Shown one piece after another: positions 51,236 through 64,000 of a stretch of DNA of 64,000 bases. This stretch comes from the human T2T-CHM13v2.0 reference genome, Homo sapiens. Below the pieces are notes generated by a model. It worked only from the letters and a program-made list of their open reading frames with translations. It did not search any database and was not told the DNA's origin. The position numbers and the translations under genes were made by a program. Location: assembly GCF_009914755.1 (NCBI RefSeq), contig NC_060938.1; one strand, written 5' to 3'. The stretch's first letter is position 1; the number at the start of each line of letters is the position of its first letter.

Positions 51236-52492
51236 TAGTTATGTATCACTTAACAGTAGAAATACATTGTCAGTAGGAAATTTCCTTGTCATGTGAACAT
51301 CATAGAGTGTACTTAACACAAATGTAGATGGCATAGCCTACTACACACCTAGGCTATATGGTATAGCTTGTTGCTCCTAGGCTACAGGCTACAAACCTAC
51401 ACAGTATGTTACTGTACTAAATACTGCAGGCAATTGGAACACAATGGTAAATATTTTTGTATCTAAACATATGTAAATATAGAAAAGGTAAAGTAAAAAT
51501 ATGTTATAAAAGATAAAAAATGATAGACCTATCTAGGGAACTTAGCATGAATGGAGCTTGTGGGCCTGGAAGTTGCTCTGGGTGAGTGAGTGAATGAGTG
51601 GTGAATGAATGTGAAGCCCTAGGATATGAGTGTACACTACTGTAGACTTTATAAACACTGTACACTTGTTACTGAGCAGACATTATGAAAAATAAAAATA
51701 AACACGGTATGCTTAAGCTACACTAAATTTATTCATACGCTTTTTTCTTTCAATAATAAATTAAACCTAGCTTACTGTAAATTATTTACTTCATGAACTT
51801 AAAAAATTTTTTTACAGCTTTTTGACCCTTTTGTAATAACAGTTTAAAACACAAGCACATTGTACTGCTGTACAAAAATATTTTCTGTATATTTTTATTC
51901 TGTAAGCTGTTTTCTACTTTAAATTTTTTAACTTTCTTTTTACCTTTTAAACTTCTTTGTTAAAAACCAAGACACAAACGCACACATTAGCCTGGACCTA
52001 GACAGGGTCAGGATCATCAGTGTCACTGCCTTCCATCTCCACATTTCATCCCACTGGAAGGCCTTCGGGGACAGTGATAGGCATGGAGCTGTCATCTCCT
52101 AGGATAACAGTGCGTTCTTCAGGAATTCCTCCTGAAGGACCTGCCTCAAGCTGTTTTATAGTTAATTTTTTAAATAAGTAGAGTTACACTCTAAAATAAT
52201 AATATATAGTATAGTAAACATGTGAATTAGTAATGTAGTTGTTTATTATCATTATCAAGTGTTATGTACTGTACATAATTGTATGTGTTATACTTTTATA
52301 ACACTGACAGTGCAGTAGGTTTATTTACACCAGCATCACCACAGGCATGTGAGTAATGCTTTGTGCTACAACATCATGAAAGCTGTGTTACTAGGCTGTA
52401 GGGATTTTTCAGCTCCATCATAGTCTTAACGGGACTGCCGTGGAATATGGGGTACGTTCTTGACCAAAACATCCTTATGTGGCACATTACTA
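51236..52492 (+). mobile_element. Tigger3b/Golem-like DNA transposon (~1.25 kb)
   Basis: gaacatcatagagtgtact...tagcctactacacacctaggctatatggtatagc; TA-flanked degenerate TIRs. Confidence 0.8.
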
Positions 52493-52494
52493 TA

Positions 52495-52667
52495 TTAGTT
52501 TATATCATATATGTGTGTATAGTTTATAAGTTGATACATACTTAGTTTATATTATATATTTTAAAGATATATGTGTATATTATATATGTATATATTTTAT
52601 ATATATACATGTGTGCATATAAGTGTATGTATGTATATGTACGTATGTATGTATGTATGTATGTATA
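52495..52667. repeat. (TA)n/(TATG)n low-complexity repeat
   Basis: Visible tatg/tata arrays immediately after the Tigger3 element. Confidence 0.8.
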
Positions 52668-52720
52668 AAGCCTGACCAGCAAACTTGAAAACATTCTGTA
52701 CACAGAAACACCTAGCCTGG

Positions 52721-53219
<499 letters not shown>

Positions 53220-53943
53220 CTAGCCTGTGCCCTGTCAGGAGCAGGGGTAAACTCAACTCTTGGGTTCCCTTTTTGCCATATCGTGAGTGATCAGTTGCCT
53301 CATGATTAGAGAAGGTGAGAGAGGTACTGTTAGGCTTAACATTTGTTAGGTTATACATTAAATAATGGGAGAGCTGGCCTTGGAACCTAACAGTTAGGTA
53401 TAACATTGTGTTGATGGGAAAACAAATAAGGTCTAAAAACCAATGAACTTTGAGAACACAGCTTCTGCGTATGTTGTGGCCTGCCTATCTAAGTAGGTGT
53501 AGGGGATGAGGTATCACAAAACTAAGCACTTTGAAATCCTTTTCCTTTATTTTTCTAAGAAATTTATGGTTAACAAAAGTATAATAATGTAATTAAGAGC
53601 CATTTTTCTATAACTGAGAATTAACATTTGCTAACATCTTTTTTTTTTTTTTTTTTTTTGCTTCTGGTTATTTGTTTAAAGGAAAAGCAATTAGAAATAT
53701 AGCCAAAGCCTCCTTTAACCCTATCCCCAGTTCAGTGTGCCTGCCACCCTTCCCAGAAGCAGCCCTTATCATAAGTTGTGTGTGCATCCTTCCACTTCAC
53801 TTTTAATCCTTTTATGCATTCATAAACAACTGGATTTGTGTTTTTAAAAATTCACATAAATTGTCACACTGTCATTTTGCCTTTTTTCATTTCACAGTAA
53901 AAAAAAAAATAGAAACAGAGTCTTGCTTGATCAGTTGGAGTCT

Positions 53944-55565
53944 TGTCAGATTTCTCTGATGGTCGTAATTTTGGAAAGACAATCTCCCTTTAGAATTGTG
54001 AGAGGGTCCTGAATTCTGCTAAGATGTAGGTGTAAAGGATAACCAGCGATTATTCCGGAGGTCACAAGATTTAGAGCTTTCTCAATTACTCCTGTAGATA
54101 ACATCCCAATTGCAGAACCTAAGATTGGCTGTTTGAGATGTCTTTTCAGATTTTTGCATTTCTGACTGGCTGACTCCACACAGACAGGTCCTGTGGCCCC
54201 ACCCACAGGCTGACTCAGTGCCGGAGGACCATCTTCCTTCCACATCCCTATGATTTCATCCCCAACCAGTCAACATTCCCATTCCCTAACCCCCTGCCCA
54301 CCAAACTATCCTTGAAAAACCTCCAAACCTTTGGGAAAATTGATTTGAGTAATAACTCTGTCTCCAGTGTGGTGTTGCCAGCTGCATGTCAGTTAAAGTC
54401 ATTCTTTATTGCAAGGCTGTGGTCTTAGTGAATTGATTGTGTCTGTGCAGCAAGCTGGAAGAACCCGTTGGGCGGTTACAAAATGAGTAAATCTCAAAGA
54501 GGTGGCATAGACTTCAGGTTTAACTACAGTGTTCAACTGAAACAAAGAAGGATGTTGGGGAGGCCCGGAATGGGGAGGTGACCGGGAAAAGCACAGTAAA
54601 CAAGGATAAGGTTTGTTATGCAGGTTTAGGCAGGTGCCTTCTCCATTGGTAAGAGTTCCTAGTGGCTTAGAGTCATCCTTGTCTCCCTGGTACAGAAAGA
54701 GAGGCAAATGGAGATTTCCTTTTATAGATGTAATTTTCCCTTACAAATGAGGTAACTTCTACTCTGTTTTCAGAGCTTTTCCTTTGTCTGCTGTTTCTCA
54801 AAATAATCAGCTCAAAGTAATCCTTATGCCAAAGAAGCCTATCGTGGGAAGACATATTCTGGTCTCCTACAGTCATGTTTTGAGGTGGCATATTCTGGTC
54901 TCCTGCACATTCAAAATGTTAGGTTATTTAGAGAATTTTTGTTTGTTAAACATTTAAAAGGTTTGTTATCTTTGTTTATCCTTTACTAGTTGAGAAGAAA
55001 AGTACGTTACTGTTTTTAAATTATGAATGAAGAAAGTACTATTTGAGGTAAAACTTTGCGCATCAACCTCTGAGCTGAAATTTAGTGACTATTGCCACTA
55101 CTAAAAATCTTGTTTTATCAAACCTTCAACCTAAATTAACAGACAGAGGCTCTCTAAAAGAACATGACACTTATTTGGGAATAGTGTATTGCAGTGGGAA
55201 TCTTTGTGCCACAGTAAACTATGTGCATATTCAAGGAGGTAAAGGAAGACAAAGGTTTTTCAAGGAATAATGAGGATTATATAATTCTTTTAAGATAATT
55301 ATTATTGGCTACAAGGATCAGTAACAAGTGTGACCAGTCTGAGATTGGACAGGCAATTGCTGGACAGATGTCCTTGTGGAGATATTTTTTGTGTAAGGTT
55401 GTGATGACCTTTGTGCAGGATTGTGGTTTTTGCAGAGTCATTTGGGATAGTTTTTGTTAATCAGGCATTGATGCATGAGAACCCTCTCTTCATAGCTGTC
55501 CCTGGCTTTATTTGTCAGGATTTTTAAACACAAGTGACTCCATTTTGATTTTGACAGTGTTCACA
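53944..55565. mobile_element. ERV1-class LTR cluster (LTR8/MER4-group +53944-54480; MER34-like -54520-54907; MER31-like -55115-55565)
   Basis: Ends gaagaacccgttgggcggttaca; ggtggcatattctggtctcc; gactccattttgattttgacag; subfamilies by recall. Confidence 0.6.
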
Positions 55566-55741
55566 AATGTTAGCATTGCATCAGAATCCACTGGAGGACT
55601 TGTTAAAAGAAGTTGGGTGGACCCCACCAGCTAAGTGAATCTATAGGTCTATACTGAGAATACCTGAGAATTTACATTTCAAACAAGTTTAGCTTAGTTT
55701 CTGGAGAACCTGTTTCTTGAGTAAGAGGAATGGTTTCTATG

Positions 55742-56531
<790 letters not shown>

Positions 56532-57120
56532 TACACCAGTTCTTAGTTCTCCATGGGACCTGTTAAGAAAAAAAAGAGAAATATACCAGAATATACTAGT
56601 TCTTAAAAGAAAATTATTCATTGTTATGAACAGCTGACCTGTAATACACAGATAGTCATCAGAATTCATAACTTGACTTTTCAGATATGAGTTAGTTACT
56701 AACTGCATTGGAAAATCACTTGTTCATTCTGAAGAAATGATTAGGAACTCCAAAGAGAAGGACACTATGTTGGGAAAATTTTAAGCATTTTCCACCTTGT
56801 GGTATGACATATTTCCATGTTTTTGTCAGGTGTCTTAGCTTAGAAATAAACCTCCATTTTTCTTGCGTTGTACTTGGCTGCTTTCCCGCAAGAAAGCTGA
56901 AGATGGGACTTCTGATTAAGGAGTTCCTGGCTGGGAGCTTTCCTTCCTAGACATCTAAGTGCCAGAATGCCAAGGGGAAGATGGGTTCATGCATTAGCCT
57001 TTGAATATTATTAAGTCGTATGGATTTGAATAGGCTTGTACTGGGGTAAAGGAAGTGAATTTTCTTCCCACTTGATTTTGTGTCATTCAGAATTCATTAA
57101 CTCACTTAGATAAAACAGTA

Positions 57121-58536
<1,416 letters not shown>

Positions 58537-58742
58537 TATATCATAGGCAAATCTTTATTTAATGATCTTACCAATTTCTTATATATTTTTCTATCCCATT
58601 CAGCTTATACGCATGACTGAGAAATGCAGTCTGTGTTTCATTTAGGCTGGTGCTTTATTTTAGCTGCATGAGTGTCAGGAATGGAAAAAGAATTATGATT
58701 CTGGGACAACTTTCTTATTCCTCCCAAGTCGGATTCTCATGG

Positions 58743-58750
58743 TGACGTCA
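58743..58750. promoter_or_regulatory. Perfect CRE palindrome TGACGTCA
   Basis: Motif match only. Confidence 0.25.
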
Positions 58751-59049
58751 GTCTGTTTTTTGAAGTATTATAACCTTTTAAACAGATCATCCTTCAAATT
58801 CATGTTCAAAAGCAAATATCAAAGCGTATTCTAAAACCAGATGTAAATTAATTTTAGATTGGCTGCCATCGTAGATGATTCATATCACTGCTCCCCTCAT
58901 CATCACAGATAATTCTTTCATGCTTCTCAAAGGGACTAGGAGCTCTACCTCAATGGGTATTTCGGAAATAAATGACTCAATTTTGAAGTTTCCCAGGGAG
59001 ATTTTTATGTATCTTGAAATCTCAAAAAAAAACATGTCTCACTACAAAG

Positions 59050-59985
<936 letters not shown>

Positions 59986-60282
59986 TTATGGTGTGGTCTT
60001 CAGAAGAGAAAGATCTGATTTCTTTTGTGACCTGACTTTCTGAGATCCTTCATTTTATGGGACTGTGGAGTCCTGTGTGTGACGTAGGACCAGAATTTGC
60101 TATTTGTTTTGGTGTTTCAACAATTGATGTTGTTATAAATCTCCCAGATGATTTTAATATTTTAACTGTTCAGTTTTACAATAAGAAGCATGACTGTAGG
60201 CAGAAACTAATTATGTATTTGAGAGTGGTGAGTTAATGAACATCCAAACAACTTCATAGAGCAGGAAGAATACATATTTCAA

Positions 60283-60805
60283 GTGGAGGGGAGAAAAAAA
60301 ATCATTTTCCCTCTACCCTTCTAATTTCTGGGTTGGAACCACTATAACAAACCAACAGGGTAACAAAAGAAAAACAAGCAGAAGTTTGTTAACATGTATG
60401 CTTCATGTATACATAGGAGATACCCAGGGGAAAATGAGTAATTCTGAAAGAGGTGATCTAGAACTCCAGCTTCTAAAGCATTTTCAACTAAAAACAGAGA
60501 AGATTGTGGGCGAAGCCAGTTATGGGGAGGTGAACAGGACAAGTATGGTAAATAAGAGTAATGTTTGTTATGCAGATTTCAGTAGGTGCCTTCTCCATTG
60601 ATAATAGTTTCCTCTGATTTAGTCATCCTTCTCTTTTGGTACGGAGAGGGAAACACTCTCACAAGTGGAGATTTCCTTTATAGATGTCAATTTCCCTCAA
60701 AAACTGGTATACTCTGTTTTCAGAGTTTCTCCTGTAGCTGCAGTTTCTCAAAATAATCCTTATGCTGTTGAGGCATATTTTGGGGTGGCATATGCTCTCC
60801 CACAC
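60283..60805 (-). mobile_element. MER34-like LTR
   Basis: gtttgttatgcagatt...ggagatttcctttatagatg...ggggtggcatatgct. Confidence 0.6.
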
Positions 60806-61120
60806 AAGCAAGAGACATCTGTCTTCATCTGCTCCCAGAGTAACTGGTGCCAGGGAACCAAACACCAAAACTGCCATTAGTTTGGATATTATGGATTTGG
60901 TTTCTGGAAAAGTCCATTGTGATGCCAGCATGGTACAGGGGATTCCCTCTCGCCTTGTCCTAAGCCTGTCATCCTGCAGAACCCGTCTTACAGTACTGTG
61001 AAGTTCCAGACCATACCAACCAACCCTCGCCAATAGGCATTTGTGGCAATAGGAAGAAAAAGCTGATGGAGGTCTCATCTGTATTTGTTTTCTCTCTCCT
61101 ATCTCCTGCATCCTTACCAG

Positions 61121-61185
61121 GCAAAAGTAGAAGAAAAGATCCAAGAGGTCTTCAGTTCTTACAAGTTCAACCACCTTGTACCAAG
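61121..61185 (+). CDS. FNTB: FNTB coding exon 2
   Basis: Pyrimidine tract + ttaccag acceptor; AKVEEKIQEVFSSYKFNHLVP(R); donor AG|GTAAG; 65 nt, phase 0 join with exon 1. Confidence 0.96.
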
Positions 61186-61518
61186 GTAAGCTGTGGTTAG
61201 GAGTTTGAGGGGATCTGGGAGAACACCACCATGCAGCAGCCTTTCTTCTTTCCTCCTTGAGCGAATCTAACCACGGGGAGCATCTGCTGCAAGAATGGTG
61301 TTTCTTGTCCTTGTGGTTACCTGGATATGCTAAGACCCCCACTCCTCCCTCTGGTAGAATACTGTTTAGAGCGATTCTCCACTCGAGCTGAGCTGCCAGG
61401 TGTTACATGGGGATTCCCCTCAATGCCTCAATTCTGAGGTCTGAAGATGGAGAGAGGAATTCCAGGTTTTTGTTTAGTGGTGGCCTGCTGCTCTGGTCTT
61501 CAGATGAGAACTCTCAGG

Positions 61519-62323
61519 TTTTTCTTTTTCTTTCTTTTTCTTTTTTTTTTTGAGACAGCGTTTCGCTCTTGTTGCCCAGGCTGGGGTGCAGTGGCACAAT
61601 CTCGGCTCTCTGGAACCTTCGCCTCATAGGTTCAAGTGATTCTCCTGCCTCAGCCTCTCAAGAAGCTGGGATTACAGGCACCCACCACCACACTCGGCTA
61701 ATTTTTGTATTTTTAGTAGAGACAGGGTTTCACCGTGTTGGCCAGTCTTGTCTTAAACTCCTGACTTCAGGTGATCCACCCGCCTCAGCCTCCCAAAGTG
61801 CTGGGATTACAGGCGTGAGCCACTGTGCCCGGCCCAGATTTTTCTTTTTCATATTGTACTTTGAAACATTTAGAGTCCAGGGAGATGGCAAGGGATGGAT
61901 TATTATTTGACTGGAAAAACATGGGAAGTTTGAGTTTCTCCATGCCTACTCCCTGTTGGTAATTGTGTTCCATATCCCAAGGATGAAATTTCAAACAAGA
62001 AATAGAATGCCTTTTGTTTTCCTTGGAGCTTAGCAAGTTGAAGTCTTCTAAGTCCTGTGAGGTCAGGTATTTTGAAAAGGGAATTATAGGAAAAAATTTA
62101 TTATTTAATTTGAACCTTTATTTTCTCTTCCAGTGTTTTGTAATATGTCACACTAGAATTTCATAAGGTTATTTCATTCTTGTATTAGTACTTCTCATGC
62201 AGTCAGAGTCTTTTTTTGAAACCATTATTTGTTATATTTCCAGCCATCAGAATTGATCAGTAGCCTAAAACTGTGTGGTCACCATTTTATCTTAATGATG
62301 GAACACTTTCTCTTCCTTTCTTT

Positions 62324-62378
<55 letters not shown>

Positions 62379-62793
62379 CTCTCTCTTTCTCTTTCTCTTT
62401 CTTTCTCTCCTCTCTCTTTCTCTCTCCCTCTCTCTTTCTGTCTCTGTCTTTCTCACTTTCTTTCCTTTCTGTCTGTCTTGTCTTGTCCTGTCCTGTCCGG
62501 TCCTGCCCTGCCCTGCCCTGTCTTGCCCTGTCTTGCTCTGTTGCCCAGGCTGGAGTGCAGTGCCCTGATCATAGCCCACAGCAGCCTTGAATTCCTGCGA
62601 ATCCTTTCAGTGCAGCCTCCGCAGTAGCTGGGACTATGGGAACACATCACTATGCCTAGCTTATTTTATTTTTGTTTTTATTTTTTGTAGAGATGGGGGT
62701 CTCACTGTGTTGCTCAGGCTTGTCTTGAGCTCCTGGCCTCAAGCAGTCCTCCCAAAGTGCTGAGATTACAGCTGTGAGCCATGGCACCTGGCC
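61519..62793 (-). mobile_element. Antisense Alus in FNTB intron 2 (61519-61833; 62306-62793 including expanded tail)
   Basis: Alu bodies; TSD gaacacttt at 62301 and 62798. Confidence 0.85.
62306..62535. repeat. Compound microsatellite (TTTC)n/(TC)n/(TGTCC,TGCCC)n
   Basis: Pure pyrimidines 62306-62439, then pentamer repeats running into an antisense Alu. Confidence 0.9.
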
Positions 62794-63483
62794 GAGAGAA
62801 CACTTTTCCTTGACATCTCTGAACAAAGTGTGGTTAGGTCACTGGCTGATTCACTCTGGCTGGGAAGTTGCAGGTCTGAAGTTCAGCCTTTCCTCCTTCA
62901 TCATGTCTCTTGACTTCTTGAGATCTTCTAACAGACTAAATCCTAGCAAGTCAGTCTCTAGGTACTTCTGCTTACTGGAACATTATAAATAGGTCCAGCT
63001 TTGTTTGTTACCTTTGTGTCTTTTTTTTTTTTTTTTTGCCACCATTTCCTTAAGAAACTTTTTCTGATTAGCCATGGCAGAAAACAGTTGGAAAAGGCAA
63101 GTGTTCATAAGGAAAGACAGGTGGGAGGGTTAACTTCATCTTTGTTCCCTGGGGAAGGAAAGGAGGAAAAATATCAGCTTACTAGTATAGTCTTTCCCTT
63201 AACTGCTAAACCAAATCTCTGCATTAACCCAATGCTCTGACCTCAATAAAATGAATTATTCCTCTTGTCATGAGATACAGCTAGAGATTAGCAAATGACG
63301 CCATTTATTTAAATAGCTTGGGAGAACGAGCTCTCTTAAATGTAATGGTATCCTTGGCAGTTCGCTGCCCCTAGGCACAAGCTGGTTCAAGCTTAGCCTC
63401 CCCAGAGGGGACAAGACTTCATAATGGTGAGGGTGTGGGTGATTGCTTTTGGAGGGGCTTTGTTGTTGTGGTTGTACCCCCGA

Positions 63484-63509
63484 TGACTCACCCGATCGGG
63501 CTGAGTCAC
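63484..63509. promoter_or_regulatory. Inverted AP-1 pair, one of which is an ARE/NF-E2 core
   Basis: TGACTCA-CCCGATCGGG-C-TGAGTCA-C; minus strand reads GTGACTCAGC. Confidence 0.5.
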
Positions 63510-64000
63510 TGTCCACTGCCTGGGCTCTGGGGACACACAGCCTCTGTTTCTCACATGAACCTTTGATTATTTGACATTCCCTTTTCACTTACCATCAGGA
63601 TAGAGCCCTTGGTCTCTTTCATTCCTTTTTTAAAATTTGTTTTTCCTTAGCTCATGAGCTGAAGAAAGACTTTTATTCACACTGAGATATGAGGGAAAAT
63701 GGGAGGTTATAGTCTGGGAGGAAGCAGTTGTTTTTTGAGAGTGGTGGTAGATGATATTAAAGGAGTGAAATCCCCTGATTCATAGCTGGTAGGTCAAGTA
63801 TGGGTGGGAAAAAAAAAGTGTTCCTCCTGGGCTCGGATCCTTGTGGAAATAGAATATATCAGGGCTCTGGGTTAGTTTCAGGAATTTCACAATTACCCGT
63901 TTTTATCATTGTTGCCTATGAAATTGAGTGTTTTAAAGGATGCTAATTAATATTGGAGATACTATACATTTTGGCTGAATGGCTGAGTATATAATTCAAC

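Noticed and set aside
60659-61342. 227-aa minus-strand ORF
   Set aside because: Non-ATG start, antisense to FNTB exon 2, runs into a MER34-like LTR; no recognisable homology

Overview
Human (primate) genomic DNA, recognisable from its coding exons as the RAB15/FNTB locus (14q23.3 by recall). RAB15 is complete on the minus strand: 7 coding exons from 28945 to 5223, all GT-AG, summing to 639 nt (212 aa, C-terminal CWC), with a ~2.5-kb 3'UTR ending near an AATAAA at 2705-2700. FNTB (farnesyltransferase beta) coding exons 1-2 are on the plus strand (43826-43969, 61121-61185) and the gene runs out of the window. The two genes diverge from separate CpG islands ~15 kb apart. By recall, GPX2 lies just left of the window and the CHURC1-FNTB readthrough splices into FNTB exon 2; neither can be seen here. 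The rest is largely Alu, L2/MIR, MaLR/ERV1 LTRs and Tigger/MER DNA transposons. I found no convincing previously undescribed system. The most interesting items are: a full-length 968-bp HERV-K(HML-2) LTR5_Hs-type solo LTR with a perfect 6-bp TSD between the two promoters; an alternative donor that makes RAB15 exons 5-7 dual-coding; a strong-context uORF in RAB15; a ~65-bp duplication around an Alu; a cluster of TGT(G/C)ACA palindromes upstream of FNTB; and an AP-1/ARE dyad in FNTB intron 2. Repeat subfamily names and boundaries were called by eye and are approximate.
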